In this document: one piece after another, positions 40,438 to 50,853 of the stretch
How the letters are laid out: every line of letters begins with the position of its first letter
Numbering within the stretch: the first letter of the stretch is position 1
Assembly (NCBI GenBank): GCA_035948375.1
Contig: DASZJH010000092.1
Location: forward strand, 4,557-68,556
Direction of reading: 5' to 3'
Length of the DNA: 64,000 nt
From: Chthoniobacterales bacterium
GTDB lineage: Bacteria; Verrucomicrobiota; Verrucomicrobiia; Chthoniobacterales; UBA10450
Notes under the pieces: model-generated
What the model was told of the DNA's origin: nothing
Databases searched by the model: none
Seen by the model: only the letters and a program-made list of their open reading frames with translations
Made by a program: the position numbers and the translations under genes

Positions 40438-41286
40438 TCAAACTTTCTTCTTGTCGCGCTTGCGCTCTAAAATGAATCGGTCGCTCGGTTTGCGTTTCGA
40501 GCGCGTCTTGAATCCCTTTGCCAGTTGTCCCCATGGACTCACTGGATGGTGACGACCACCGCCACCTTTCGATTTGCCCTGACCACCGCCCATCGGGTGA
40601 TCGATCGGGTTCATCACCATACCGCGAACGTGCGGCCGGCGTCCCTGCCAGCGCGTGCGACCAGCTTTGCCGCTGGCGACGTTCATGTGATCGACGTTTC
40701 CAACCTGGCCGACGGTCGCGAAACAATTCTCATGGATCCGGCGCACTTCGCCCGATGGCATTTTCACCAGCGCGTAACCGCCTTCGAGATTGTTCAACGT
40801 CGCTTGCTGGCCAGCGCTGCGAGCAACCTGTCCACCGCGGCCAGGGCTGAGCTCGATGTTGTGAATGTTCGTGCCGAGCGGGATCGCGCGCAGCGGCAAT
40901 GAATTGCCCAGTTCCGGTGCGACATCATTGCCGGCGACAACTTTCGCGCCGACCTGAAGTCCGTTGGGGGCGAGGATGTAGCTTAGCTCGCCGTCGGTGT
41001 ACTTAATAAGAGCAATGCGCGCCGAGCGGTTCGGATCGTACTCGATTCCGAGCACTTCGGCTGCGACACCGTGTTTGCGGCGTTTGAAATCAACTTTGCG
41101 GTAATGCTGTTTGTGTCCGCCACCGATGTGGCGCGAAGTCATGCGGCCGTAATTGTTGCGGCCGCCGGATTTTTTCTTAGGCTCCAGCAAGCTCTTCGCC
41201 GGAGTCCATTTGGTGATTTCATCAAACGCCGGCGTTTGTTTGAAACGCTGGATTGGCGTGAGCGGGCGATAGCTTTTTAACGCCAT
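40438..41286 (-). CDS. rplB: 50S ribosomal protein L2
   Basis: 282-aa ORF: [15 protein letters not shown]...GGGHKQHYR...HPMGGGQG. Confidence 0.97.
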   Translation of the reverse strand: MALKSYRPLTPIQRFKQTPAFDEITKWTPAKSLLEPKKKSGGRNNYGRMTSRHIGGGHKQHYRKVDFKRRKHGVAAEVLGIEYDPNRSARIALIKYTDGELSYILAPNGLQVGAKVVAGNDVAPELGNSLPLRAIPLGTNIHNIELSPGRGGQVARSAGQQATLNNLEGGYALVKMPSGEVRRIHENCFATVGQVGNVDHMNVASGKAGRTRWQGRRPHVRGMVMNPIDHPMGGGQGKSKGGGGRHHPVSPWGQLAKGFKTRSKRKPSDRFILERKRDKKKV

Positions 41287-41290
41287 AAAA

Positions 41291-41569
41291 TTAAACCAGC
41301 TCGATCTTCTCGCCTTCCGCGAGAGTCACGATCGCTTTCTTCCAATTCGGGCGACGTCCAAGCGGTCCACGGACGCGTTTCTGTTTGCCGGCGTAGTTGC
41401 AGGTGTTCACGTCGACCACTTTCTTTTGGAACAAACGCTGCACCGCGTCTTTGATTTGAGTCTTATTCGCGCGCGGGCTGACGCGAAAAACGTATTTGTT
41501 AAACTTTTCGCCCAGCAGCGTCGATTTCTCGGTCAGCGACGCGGTCTCAATAATTTCGTGCTCGGTCAT
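41291..41569 (-). CDS. rplW: 50S ribosomal protein L23
   Basis: 92-aa ORF: ...[36 protein letters not shown]... Confidence 0.95.
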   Translation of the reverse strand: MTEHEIIETASLTEKSTLLGEKFNKYVFRVSPRANKTQIKDAVQRLFQKKVVDVNTCNYAGKQKRVRGPLGRRPNWKKAIVTLAEGEKIELV

Positions 41570-42174
41570 TGCAATCTCTCCGCTAGTTTCTCGAGCGCCT
41601 TCGGAGTCACCAAAATCTTCTGGAACGCGAGCAATTGCTCGGTATTCACGTCCGCAGCGGTCGCCAGTTTCACCGGCTTCACGTTCCGCGCCGATTTGTA
41701 GGTCTTGTCATCGAACGAATCGGAAACAATGAGCACCTTTTCGGCGTCGGTCTGTTTTCGGACAAGATCGACAAACGCTTTGGTTTTGATTTCCGAGACG
41801 GCGAACTTGTCGATCGTCAGAACGTCGCCGGCTTTGATCCGCTCACTCAGCACTTTTTGCAGAGCGAGACGACGAACTGACTTGGAAACTTTCTTGGAGT
41901 AATCGCGCGGCTTCGGTCCAAACACCACGCCACCGCCGCGCCAGATCGGCGAAGAAACGTAACCCGCCCGAGCGCGGCCGGTTCCCTTTTGCCGCCAAGG
42001 TTTCGCGCCTGACATATCGACTTCGGCCTTCGTTTTCGTGTTGGCCGAACCAGAACGCCGCGCCGCGCGCATCGCGACTACGACATCGTGAACGGCCTGC
42101 GAACCGCGACCATCCTCGATGATGTCGATCTTCGCTTCCTTGGCGGCAGCTTTGGTTAAAACTTTCGCGCTCAT
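41566..42174 (-). CDS. rplD: 50S ribosomal protein L4
   Basis: 202-aa ORF: ...KPWRQKGTGRARAGYVSSPIWRGGGVVFGPKPRDYS... Confidence 0.96.
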   Translation of the reverse strand: MSAKVLTKAAAKEAKIDIIEDGRGSQAVHDVVVAMRAARRSGSANTKTKAEVDMSGAKPWRQKGTGRARAGYVSSPIWRGGGVVFGPKPRDYSKKVSKSVRRLALQKVLSERIKAGDVLTIDKFAVSEIKTKAFVDLVRKQTDAEKVLIVSDSFDDKTYKSARNVKPVKLATAADVNTEQLLAFQKILVTPKALEKLAERLQ

Positions 42175-42926
42175 TTCCTCTGGGCTTCTTTAGCTTGAGC
42201 CTTCCTCTCTTCGGCCAATTCCCCTGCTTTCTTGGGCTTCTTGGCGTGAGCGGCCTGGTCTGCCTTCGCGTGTTGCTGATGCAACGCGATTAGCGCACCC
42301 GGATTCTTGATCGCCGGCCTAACGACAACGTAGCTGCCGTTGCACCCAGGTACCGCGCCACTGATCAAAATCACTTTCTCCGCTTCGCGCACCTGCATGA
42401 CGCGCAGGTTCTGTACGGTCACACGTTCGTCGCCCAAATGGCCAGGCATGCCCATGTTTTTCCAAATGCGTCCCGGCGTTGAACGATTTCCGACCGCGCC
42501 GTTGCGGCGATGCGTCTTCGAACCGTGCGCGGCGCCCTGGCCGTCGAAATTGTGTTTCTTCATCACGCCTTGGAAACCTTTTCCCTTCGAACGGCCGATC
42601 ACATCGACGAAATCACCCGGCTGAAATTGGGTAACAGTGAGATTCACTTCACCCTCGGAAAGATCGGCCTTTAAACGAAACTCGCGGACGAATCGTTTCG
42701 GTTCGGAGTTGGCCTTCTTGAAATTGCCGAGCTCGGCTTTGCTCACTCGCGACTCTTTTTGCGAATCGAACCCGACTTGAACCGCCGAGTAGCCATCGTT
42801 GTCGTTCGTTAGGCGCCGCAGAACAACGTTATCGCTGGCCGCAATCACGGTCACAGGATGGAGCCGACCATTGGCGTCGTAGACGCTGGTCATGCCGATT
42901 TTTTGTCCTAGTAAACCGATGCTCAT
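42171..42926 (-). CDS. rplC: 50S ribosomal protein L3 (with a ~40-aa basic C-terminal extension)
   Basis: 251-aa ORF starting MSIGLLGQKIGMTSVYD, with FQGVMKKHNF...HGS..HRR.G in the core and tail ...HAKKPKKAGELAEERKAQAKEAQRK. Confidence 0.96.
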   Translation of the reverse strand: MSIGLLGQKIGMTSVYDANGRLHPVTVIAASDNVVLRRLTNDNDGYSAVQVGFDSQKESRVSKAELGNFKKANSEPKRFVREFRLKADLSEGEVNLTVTQFQPGDFVDVIGRSKGKGFQGVMKKHNFDGQGAAHGSKTHRRNGAVGNRSTPGRIWKNMGMPGHLGDERVTVQNLRVMQVREAEKVILISGAVPGCNGSYVVVRPAIKNPGALIALHQQHAKADQAAHAKKPKKAGELAEERKAQAKEAQRK

Positions 42927-42955
42927 GTTGGCGACGTGGAAAATTTCTCAAGCAG

Positions 42956-43267
42956 TTAAATCTTAATCGTAATATCAACGCCCGCGGGTAGGTTCAGTTT
43001 CTTCAACTCATCCACCGTCTTCGCGGTCGGCTCGATAATGTCGAGCAACCGTTTGTGCGTGCGGATCTCAAATTGCTCCATCGATTTCTTGTCGACGTGG
43101 GGAGAACGATTGACCGTGAACTTCTCGATCAACGTCGGCAGCGGAATCGGGCCGGCCACGCGAGCGCCGGTGCGTTTCGCCGTCTCAACGATCTCGACCG
43201 CGGATTGATCGAGCATGCGATGATCGAACGCTTTCAAGCGAATCCGGATTTTTTGTCCTTCCGCCAT
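42956..43267 (-). CDS. rpsJ: 30S ribosomal protein S10
   Basis: 103-aa ORF: [45 protein letters not shown]... Confidence 0.97.
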   Translation of the reverse strand: MAEGQKIRIRLKAFDHRMLDQSAVEIVETAKRTGARVAGPIPLPTLIEKFTVNRSPHVDKKSMEQFEIRTHKRLLDIIEPTAKTVDELKKLNLPAGVDITIKI

Positions 43268-45450
43268 TACTTCTTCTCCTTTTGATCAAGAATGGCTGCC
43301 ACCAGGTTCGCCGGCACAGGATCAAAATGCGACGGCTCCATCGAGTAGCTCGAGCGGCCTTTCGACAACGAACGGATCGCCGTGGCGTAACCGAAAAGTT
43401 CCGCGAGGGGAACGAGCGCATGAACGATCGCAAGATTGCCGCGCGATTCGATGCTTTGAATTGCGCCACGGCGACGGCTCAAGTCGCCGCAAATGTCGCC
43501 CTGATATTCTTCCGGCGTAATGTTTTCCACTTTCATGATCGGCTCGAGCAGGATCGGCTTCGCCGCTCTGAATCCGTCTTTCATCGCGAAGATGGCCGCC
43601 ATCTTGAACGCGAGCTCGTTCGAATCGACTTCGTGGAAGCTTCCGAAAACGATGTCGCACTCAACATCGACAACGGGATAACCGCCCAGAACGCCATCGA
43701 GCACCGCTTCTTCGATACCCTTTTTAACGGCCGGAATGTATTCGCGCGGAATAATTCCGCCGACGATCTTGTTCTCAACCACGAGGCCTTTGCTGCGCTC
43801 GCCCGGTCGAAGATCGACCTCGACGTGACCATATTGACCGCGACCGCCGGATTGTTTGATCAATTTGCCGACGCCGTGTGCGTTGGTGGTGATAGTTTCG
43901 CGATAAGCGATCTGCGGTTTGCCCGCGTTGGCGTCCACTTTGAATTCGCGGAACATGCGGTCGCGAATGATTTCCAAATGCAATTCGCCCATGCCCGCGA
44001 TGATTGTCTGGCCGGTATCTTCGTGAGTGTAAACGCGGAAAGTGGGATCTTCTTCGGCGAGTCGTTGCAGCGCAACGCCCATTTTTTCCTGGTCCAACTT
44101 CGTCTTCGGCTCAATCGCCATTGAAATGACTGGATCAGGGAAGGACGGTGGCTCGAGAAGAATTGGGTGGTCTTCGTCGCAAAGCGTGTCGCCCGTCGTG
44201 ATATTCTTAATGCCGACGATCGCGGCGATGTCGCCTGAATAACACGTCTCGATGTCTTCACGCTTGTCGGCTTGAATTTGGATCAGACGGGATATGCGTT
44301 CGCGTTTGTTCGTGCGTGGATTGTAAACGTTGTCGCCTTTGCTCAGCGTGCCTGAGTAAACGCGGAAGAAAACGAGTTTCCCGACGAACGGATCGCTCCA
44401 AAGTTTGAACGCGAGGGAGCAGAAGTTCCCATTGTCGTCTGTCGGCGCTTCCATTGGTTCGTGCGTGTCCGGCTCCATCCCTTTTGCTGGTGGAATGTCG
44501 AGCGGGCTCGGCAAATAATCGACGACCGCGTCGACCAGGTATTGCACACCGATGTTTTTCAACGCCGAGCCGCCAATGACCGGCACAAATTTGTTCGCAA
44601 TCGTTTGCCGGCGGATCGCCGCTTTCAAAAGCTGCGGCGTGACCAGTTTTTCTTCGAGAACGACTTCTGCAATCTCATCATCGATATTCGAAATCTGCTC
44701 GACGAGCTCTTTGTAAGCCTTATCCACGGCAGTGACATGTTCCTGGGGGACGTCCGTGACCTCGTATGTCGATCCAAGCTGGTCGCTGTCCGAATAAATG
44801 ATCGCCTTCTTATTAATAACGTCGAGCTGTCCGCGAAGTTGATCCTCACGACCAAGCGGCAACAGCACCGGCCAGGCGTTCGCGCCGAGTTTTTTGTGAA
44901 TGCTGTCCACCGACATCGCGAAATCGGCGCCGACGCGGTCCATCTTATTAATGAACGCGAGCTTTGGAACGTTGTACTTCGTCGCCTGCCGCCAAACCGT
45001 TTCGGATTGCGGTTGAACCCCGGCGACGCCGTCAAAAACGGCGATTGCGCCATCCAATACTCGCAGCGAACGCTCGACTTCTGCCGTGAAATCTACGTGA
45101 CCCGGCGTGTCGATGATGTTGATGCGTTGTTTGATCCCTTCGAAAATTTTGTAAACGCCTTCTTCTTTTTTCTGCGACCAACTGCATGTTGTCGCCGCGG
45201 AAGTTATCGTAATTCCGCGCTCGCGTTCCTGCTCCATCCAGTCGGTGACGGTGGTGCCTTCGTGCACCTCGCCCATCTTGTGGATCATTCCGGTGTAAAA
45301 CAGGACGCGTTCGGTAATCGTCGTTTTGCCGGCGTCGATGTGCGCGGCGATGCCGATGTTGCGCGTCCGTTCGAGCGGAAATTTCCGATTCGGCGAATTC
45401 GGACCTTTCGCCGCGGCTGTTTTTTTCTTTTCTACGGTCGCGGTCGCCAT
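43267..45450 (-). CDS. fusA: Elongation factor G
   Basis: 727-aa ORF with GTPase motifs [17 protein letters not shown] and NKMD, plus a ~25-aa basic N-terminal extension. Its stop overlaps the rpsJ ATG (TAATG). Confidence 0.97.
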   Translation of the reverse strand: MATATVEKKKTAAAKGPNSPNRKFPLERTRNIGIAAHIDAGKTTITERVLFYTGMIHKMGEVHEGTTVTDWMEQERERGITITSAATTCSWSQKKEEGVYKIFEGIKQRINIIDTPGHVDFTAEVERSLRVLDGAIAVFDGVAGVQPQSETVWRQATKYNVPKLAFINKMDRVGADFAMSVDSIHKKLGANAWPVLLPLGREDQLRGQLDVINKKAIIYSDSDQLGSTYEVTDVPQEHVTAVDKAYKELVEQISNIDDEIAEVVLEEKLVTPQLLKAAIRRQTIANKFVPVIGGSALKNIGVQYLVDAVVDYLPSPLDIPPAKGMEPDTHEPMEAPTDDNGNFCSLAFKLWSDPFVGKLVFFRVYSGTLSKGDNVYNPRTNKRERISRLIQIQADKREDIETCYSGDIAAIVGIKNITTGDTLCDEDHPILLEPPSFPDPVISMAIEPKTKLDQEKMGVALQRLAEEDPTFRVYTHEDTGQTIIAGMGELHLEIIRDRMFREFKVDANAGKPQIAYRETITTNAHGVGKLIKQSGGRGQYGHVEVDLRPGERSKGLVVENKIVGGIIPREYIPAVKKGIEEAVLDGVLGGYPVVDVECDIVFGSFHEVDSNELAFKMAAIFAMKDGFRAAKPILLEPIMKVENITPEEYQGDICGDLSRRRGAIQSIESRGNLAIVHALVPLAELFGYATAIRSLSKGRSSYSMEPSHFDPVPANLVAAILDQKEKK

Positions 45451-45455
45451 AATCG

Positions 45456-45929
45456 TTACCAGCGGAAATGGGCAAACGCGCGGTTCGCTTGCGCCATTTT
45501 GTGCGTGTCTTCGCGTTTCTTGATCGCGTTGCCTTGACCTGCGGCCGCGTCTTTGATTTCGGCGGCCAGCGCCTGCGCCATTGGCATGCCTTTGCGAGTG
45601 TCGGCATATTGCACGATCCAGCGCATGGCAAGCGAGACCTGACGCGCGGGAGGAACTTCCAACGGCACTTGATAAGTCGCGCCGCCAACGCGACGTGATT
45701 TTACTTCCAAACGCGGCCGAACGTTTTCCAGCGCTTTATTTAAAACTTCGAGCGGATCGACTGAATCCGATCCTTCGCGCGATTTCTCAATCGCGGTATA
45801 GACAATGCGCTCGGCGAGCGATTTCTTGCCGCGCTGCATCACCGTGGTGATAAGACGCGCGACCGCCGGACTCCCATAACGGGAATCGACGCGCTCTTGC
45901 TTTTTGTAGACTCTCTTCCGTCGCGACAT
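45456..45929 (-). CDS. rpsG: 30S ribosomal protein S7
   Basis: 157-aa ORF: [20 protein letters not shown]...AHFRW. Confidence 0.97.
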   Translation of the reverse strand: MSRRKRVYKKQERVDSRYGSPAVARLITTVMQRGKKSLAERIVYTAIEKSREGSDSVDPLEVLNKALENVRPRLEVKSRRVGGATYQVPLEVPPARQVSLAMRWIVQYADTRKGMPMAQALAAEIKDAAAGQGNAIKKREDTHKMAQANRAFAHFRW

Positions 45930-45951
45930 TGTCGATCGTTTGTTTCAAAAT

Positions 45952-46389
45952 TTACTTTTTCTCTTCCTTGGCCGCAGTCGGCGCCGCTTTCGCTGCGCCG
46001 CCTCCGCCAGCCGCGCCACCTTTCGGGCGCTTCGCTCCGTACTTGGAGCGACTCCGTCGGCGTCCATCGACGCCGAGCGAGTCGAGCGTGCCCCGCACAA
46101 TGTGGTAGCGCACACCCGGCAAATCTTTCACTCGCCCCCCGCGCACAAGCACGATGGAATGCTCCTGCAAGTTGTGCCCTTCGCCTGGAATGTAGGCAAT
46201 CACTTCCTGGCCGTTCGTCAACCGCACTTTTGCCACTTTGCGCAGGGCGGAATTCGGCTTCTTCGGCGTGCGCGTCATCACCTGCACGCACACACCGCGG
46301 CGCTGGGGACAATTCGTCAGGGCCGGTGATTTCGATTTCACCGACATCTTCCGGCGTCCTTTCCGAATCAACTGGTTAATCGTTGGCAT
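45952..46389 (-). CDS. rpsL: 30S ribosomal protein S12 (with a G/A/K-rich C-terminal extension)
   Basis: The internal ATG at 46389 gives the canonical [14 protein letters not shown]. The core includes [17 protein letters not shown]. The tail reads [28 protein letters not shown]. Confidence 0.96.
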   Translation of the reverse strand: MPTINQLIRKGRRKMSVKSKSPALTNCPQRRGVCVQVMTRTPKKPNSALRKVAKVRLTNGQEVIAYIPGEGHNLQEHSIVLVRGGRVKDLPGVRYHIVRGTLDSLGVDGRRRSRSKYGAKRPKGGAAGGGGAAKAAPTAAKEEKK

Positions 46390-46577
46390 TTTTCTAAACA
46401 AAGCGCCGCCCGAACGGGTTGAAATCCGGCCGACAAAAAAACCCGCTCAAACGCGTTAACACACTGTCACGCGCCTGATGCGGTGAGGCGCGACTATAGA
46501 GGAGAAAATCGCGCCCCGCAAAGAATATTTTGCGTCTGAATTTGTTTTGGGCCGCGATCACGCGGAATCTGTTGCGA

Positions 46578-47750
46578 ATGCAAAAAACGTTCGAACTTTT
46601 GGCGCAAGATCGAGAATCCAAAGCGCGGCGCGGTCGGCTTGTGACCGTGCGTGGCGCGATTGAGACGCCAGCGTTCATGCCGATCGGAACCCAAGGATCC
46701 GTGAAGGCGGTGAGTCCGCGCGAACTGCGTGAGTTGAACGCCCAGATCATTCTCGGCAACACGTATCATTTGTTCGTCCGACCGGGGCTTGAAGTGATCA
46801 AACATTTCGACGGACTGCACAAATTCATGAATTGGGATGGCCCAATTCTGACCGACAGCGGCGGTTACCAAATCTTTTCACTGGCGAAGTTGCGGAAGAT
46901 CACTGAAGACGGCGTCCATTTTCAAAATCATCTCGATGGAACACCCGCGTTTATTTCGCCAGAGATCGCGATGGAAATTCAGGCCGCGCTGGGCAGCGAC
47001 ATCGCGATGGTGCTCGATGAATGTCCGCCCTGGCCGTGCGAGCGTGATTACGCCGCACGAAGTGCGGAAATGACGACGCGCTGGGCGGCGCGTTGCAAAA
47101 GGGCGCCGCGCAAAGATGGACAATTACTTTTTGGGATTGTGCAGGGCGCAACGTTTGAAGATCTGCGTAAGGAGTCGGCGCAGGCGATTGTCGATCTTGA
47201 TTTCGATGGCTACGCGATTGGCGGCGTCAGTGTCGGCGAGCCGGAAGAGGAAATGATTCGCGCGGTGGAATCGAGCCAACCGCTTTTGCCCAAAGACAAG
47301 CCGCGCTATGCGATGGGCCTCGGGACGCCGCCGCAGTTATTGGAAATGATCACTCGTGGAATGGACATGTTCGATTGCGTGTTGCCGACAAGACTGGCGC
47401 GCAATGGAACCGCATTTGCATCAACGGGCACGCTCAACTTGAAGAACGCTGAGTTCGCGAAAGATAAGCGGCCAATTGAAGAAGGTTGCAATTGCCCCAC
47501 CTGCGACGAATTCGGCCGCGGTTACATCCGTCACCTGGTAAAGGCTGAGGAGATTCTCGGGCTTCGTTTGATCACGCTGCACAATTTGCATTTCTATTTG
47601 GATCTGATGCGGCAAGCACGCGCAAAGATCGACAACGGAACGTTCGACAAGTTTCGGAACGATTTCGTCAACAATTACAAAAACGCGAGATGTCGAGGAA
47701 ACGTTGTAGCTACAGCGATTCTCGATTGCAGCGGAGGCGTTCGGGTTTAA
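46578..47750 (+). CDS. tgt: tRNA-guanine transglycosylase (queuine tRNA-ribosyltransferase)
   Basis: ATG at 46578 gives MQKTFELLAQDRESKARRGRL. TGT motifs are present: FMPIGTQGSVKAV, LTDSGGYQ and the zinc site CNCPTC...H. Confidence 0.95.
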   Translation: MQKTFELLAQDRESKARRGRLVTVRGAIETPAFMPIGTQGSVKAVSPRELRELNAQIILGNTYHLFVRPGLEVIKHFDGLHKFMNWDGPILTDSGGYQIFSLAKLRKITEDGVHFQNHLDGTPAFISPEIAMEIQAALGSDIAMVLDECPPWPCERDYAARSAEMTTRWAARCKRAPRKDGQLLFGIVQGATFEDLRKESAQAIVDLDFDGYAIGGVSVGEPEEEMIRAVESSQPLLPKDKPRYAMGLGTPPQLLEMITRGMDMFDCVLPTRLARNGTAFASTGTLNLKNAEFAKDKRPIEEGCNCPTCDEFGRGYIRHLVKAEEILGLRLITLHNLHFYLDLMRQARAKIDNGTFDKFRNDFVNNYKNARCRGNVVATAILDCSGGVRV

Positions 47751-47775
47751 ACTCCCGCTCGCCGAAAATTTTGCG

Positions 47776-48102
47776 ATGTCGATCCTAGCGATTCTTCTAG
47801 CTCAAGCACAGCCCGCCGCGCCTGGTCCTGGTCCGGCAGGCGGCTTCGGTGGCCTTTTCGTGCCGCTAATGTTGGTGATGGTCATCATGTATTTCATGAT
47901 GATTCGCCCGCAGAAGAAACGGCAGCAGGAGCAGCAGCGGCTGATTGCCAGCTTAAAAACCGGCGACAAAGTTGTGACCAACGCCGGCATTCATGGGTTG
48001 ATCGCGAACGTCAAGGAGACCACCCTGATGTTGAAAGTGGCCGACAACGTGAAGATCGAAGTGGAAAAATCGGCGATCACCAATCTTTTGAAGGAAAGTT
48101 AA
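47776..48102 (+). CDS. yajC: Preprotein translocase subunit YajC
   Basis: 108-aa ORF with a single TM helix then MIRPQKKRQQEQQRLIASLKTGDKVVTNAGIHG. It lies upstream of secDF. Confidence 0.92.
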   Translation: MSILAILLAQAQPAAPGPGPAGGFGGLFVPLMLVMVIMYFMMIRPQKKRQQEQQRLIASLKTGDKVVTNAGIHGLIANVKETTLMLKVADNVKIEVEKSAITNLLKES

Positions 48103-50495
48103 TGAGTCCTGCAGCCACATTTTTCGCAGGAATTGGCCTGTTGGTTTTGTTCGGCTGGTATTTTGCGACCGACAGCGAGCGGATTCGGCGAATGTTGGGA
48201 ACAGCTCTGACGATCGCAATCACGGCCTTTTGTCTCGCCTCGACATATCCGCCGTTCGACCAAAAACGTCCTGACGGAACGATCGTTCGTCCGGGGAAAA
48301 TTCATCTCGGTCTCGATTTGCAGGGCGGCACGTCATTTTTGATTCGGCTTGAGCCGGCGGCCGGCCCCGAAGGAACCAAGCGCCCGATTACGAAATCGAT
48401 GGTCGACCAAGCGATCGAGGCGATCAGAAAACGCGTTGATCAATTCGGAGTGAGCGAACCAATCATTACGCCACAAGGAACTGACAGGATCCTGGTTCAG
48501 ATCCCCGGCCTTGACGCCGGCAAAATCCAGGAAGCGCGCACACAGCTTCAGCGTGTAGCGAAGCTCGAATTCCGGATGGTGTATCCGGACAACGGCGACC
48601 GATTGGCCAAGATCGATCAAGGTCAGGAAGTAATTCCGCCCGACTACCGCATCGAAACCTACACAATGCGAGGCGAAGAAAATGAAAAGTCGCGCGAGGA
48701 ACGGTTATTGATCAAGAAAAAGGCCGATCTCGGAGGTGATCGCGTGACGGAATCTCATGCCTATTATGGCAATGAGGGCTGGACGGTGCAGATGAAGTTC
48801 GATGGCGAAGGGGCCAAGAAGTTTGGCGAGATCACAGCTGCCAACAAAGGTCACCGTTTTGCGATTGTGCTCGACGGCGTGGTTATATCCGCGCCGGTAA
48901 TTCGTGACGCTATTTACGGCGGCGACGCGATCATCACTGGCAAATTTGGCGAGGCGGAGGCGCGCGGGTTGGCGAGCGTGCTGGAAAATCCGCTACAGAC
49001 GCCCGTAAAGATTGAAGAGGAGCGCCAGGTCTCGGCCAGTCTCGGCAGCGATTCGATCAAGAGCGGAATTTACTCGGGCATTGCCGGCTTCGCGTTGGTC
49101 GTTGTGTTCATGATCATTTATTACCGGCTCGTGGGTTTGATTGCGGACATCGCGCTCGCAATCAACTGCATCATGGTGGTCGGCGCGCTCGGAATGTTCA
49201 ACAGCGTGCTAACCCTTCCCGGTATCGCCGGATTAATTCTGAGTCTTGGCATCGCGGTCGACGCCAACGTCCTGATTTACGAACGACTTCGCGACGAAAT
49301 TAAACAGGGCAAAACGCTGCGCACCGCGATCGATACGTCCTACGTGAAGGCATTTAGCGCGATCTTCGACGCGCACGTGACGCAGTTCCTCACCGCGGTC
49401 ATTCTGTTCTGGCTGGCGAGCGGACCAGTGAAAGGCTTCGCGCTGACGCTGACCATCGGCATCGTCGCGTCGATGTTTTCATCGCTGCTCGTCACCTACA
49501 CCTGCTTCTCGTGGGCATTCGCTCTCAATCTTTTGAAGCGCGTCTCAATGCTGCACCTCATTCGCTCGAAGGATTTCGATTTTCTCGGGAACGCCAAAAA
49601 ATTCATGCTCGTCTCGGGAATAGCGACGGTGGCGTGCCTTGCAGTCCTGTTTGTCCGCGGCAACCAAAATCTCGGCGCCGATTTTAGAGGTGGCGATTTA
49701 ATGGTGCTGTCCGCGAGCCAGAAACTCACTCCTGACCAAATCCGGATCGCCCTCGCCAATACTGGACTCCAGAACAGTGTGATCCAATCTGAGCGAGTTG
49801 CTAATCGCGACCTCATTAGCATCCGTTCCGACGCCGGAAACGCGGACAAAATTAAGGCGCGATTGCAGGAAGCGCTGCCAGGCGCCGGTTTGAAATTCGA
49901 ACAAACCGATCACGTCGGCGCGCTGGTTGGAAAGGAACTTGCGAGCAAGAGTGCGCTCGCCCTCACCCTGGGTCTAATCGGCATCTTCATTTACGTGAGC
50001 ATGCGCTTCGGAACCTCGTTCGCAGTTGGCTCACTCGCGGCTCTCGCGCACGATCTCATTATTACTCTTGGAATTTTCTCACTGAGCGGCCGCGAGCTCT
50101 CCTTGATCATGGTAGCTGCCGTCCTGACCATCGCCGGCTATTCGATTAACGATAAGATCGTTGTGTTCGACCGAATCCGGAGCGGTCTTCGAGACCGGCT
50201 TTCGGGTTCAATCGCCCAGGTAATGAACCACTCGATTAACGACACGTTGTCGCGAACGATTCTCACCGGCGGTACCGTTTTGCTCACTGTCCTAGCGCTT
50301 TATTTCTTTGGTGGTCCGGTTCTCAATGACTTCGCCTTCTCCTTTCTCGTGGGCGTCATCGTTGGCACTTATTCGTCGATCTTCATCGCGTCGCCGATCG
50401 TTCTTTGGTGGACGCGCGCTCGTGGCAAAGACACCGCTTCGCTTCGGCGCGAGGTCACGCAAGCGACTACCAGCGCGAATCCAATCGCCCGCTAG
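48102..50495 (+). CDS. secDF: Fused protein-export membrane protein SecDF
   Basis: 797-aa ORF. The SecD-like first ~500 aa has a large periplasmic loop and six TM helices. The SecF-like last ~300 aa follows. The start overlaps the yajC stop. Confidence 0.93.
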   Translation: MSPAATFFAGIGLLVLFGWYFATDSERIRRMLGTALTIAITAFCLASTYPPFDQKRPDGTIVRPGKIHLGLDLQGGTSFLIRLEPAAGPEGTKRPITKSMVDQAIEAIRKRVDQFGVSEPIITPQGTDRILVQIPGLDAGKIQEARTQLQRVAKLEFRMVYPDNGDRLAKIDQGQEVIPPDYRIETYTMRGEENEKSREERLLIKKKADLGGDRVTESHAYYGNEGWTVQMKFDGEGAKKFGEITAANKGHRFAIVLDGVVISAPVIRDAIYGGDAIITGKFGEAEARGLASVLENPLQTPVKIEEERQVSASLGSDSIKSGIYSGIAGFALVVVFMIIYYRLVGLIADIALAINCIMVVGALGMFNSVLTLPGIAGLILSLGIAVDANVLIYERLRDEIKQGKTLRTAIDTSYVKAFSAIFDAHVTQFLTAVILFWLASGPVKGFALTLTIGIVASMFSSLLVTYTCFSWAFALNLLKRVSMLHLIRSKDFDFLGNAKKFMLVSGIATVACLAVLFVRGNQNLGADFRGGDLMVLSASQKLTPDQIRIALANTGLQNSVIQSERVANRDLISIRSDAGNADKIKARLQEALPGAGLKFEQTDHVGALVGKELASKSALALTLGLIGIFIYVSMRFGTSFAVGSLAALAHDLIITLGIFSLSGRELSLIMVAAVLTIAGYSINDKIVVFDRIRSGLRDRLSGSIAQVMNHSINDTLSRTILTGGTVLLTVLALYFFGGPVLNDFAFSFLVGVIVGTYSSIFIASPIVLWWTRARGKDTASLRREVTQATTSANPIAR

Positions 50496-50571
50496 GCAGA
50501 TTTTGGCCGAATTTGACGGCGACCGATGGCCCGATTAGGGTCGGCCTCGCCCGGCAGGGCAGAAAATCTGC
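50496..50571 (+). repeat. Nested inverted repeats (branched stem-loop) between secDF and rpsU
   Basis: GCAGATTTT (50496-50504) pairs with AAAATCTGC (50563-50571), 9 bp. GGCCGA (50505-50510) pairs with TCGGCC (50541-50546), 6 bp. There is also a GCCC-ggca-GGGC mini-hairpin (50549-50560). Confidence 0.6.
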
Positions 50572-50592
50572 TAGGATTGGAGTTGAAACACC

Positions 50593-50787
50593 ATGCCAGA
50601 AGTACTCGTTCGCAAAGGTGAGCCAGTCGATCGCGCCTTGAAGCGCCTGAAGAACAAGCTCGACGCCGAGGGTATTCTCGAGGAAGTGCGCCGCCTGCGC
50701 GCTTTTGAGACCCCTTCGCAAAAATACCGCCGCAAGATGAAGGCAAACGCCAAGCGCGGTCGCACGAAGTTTCGTTTCAATCCGTAA
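50593..50787 (+). CDS. rpsU: 30S ribosomal protein S21
   Basis: 64-aa ORF: MPEVLVRKGEPVDRALKRLKNKLDAEGILEEVRRLRAFETPSQKYRRKMK. GGAG lies 11 nt upstream. Confidence 0.95.
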   Translation: MPEVLVRKGEPVDRALKRLKNKLDAEGILEEVRRLRAFETPSQKYRRKMKANAKRGRTKFRFNP

Positions 50788-50814
50788 GATCGACAATTAG
50801 CATTTGTTGATACA

Positions 50815-50843
50815 GGGGACACGCTACGGCGTGTCCTTTTTGT
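50815..50843 (+). terminator. Rho-independent terminator of rpsU
   Basis: GGACACGC (50817-50824), loop tacg, GCGTGTCC (50829-50836), followed by TTTTT (50837-50841). Confidence 0.8.
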
Positions 50844-50853
50844 TTCCAAACAC

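Noticed and set aside
44461-45537. 358-aa plus-strand ORF (and 43282-44124, 280 aa)
   Set aside because: Both are antisense to fusA and rpsG. Their composition is R/F/N-rich and non-protein-like, and the conserved genes on the other strand explain the open frames.
48102-50495. SecDF as a possible frameshift-fused pseudogene pair
   Set aside because: It is a continuous 797-aa frame with both halves intact. Natural SecDF fusions are well known, for example in Bacillus.
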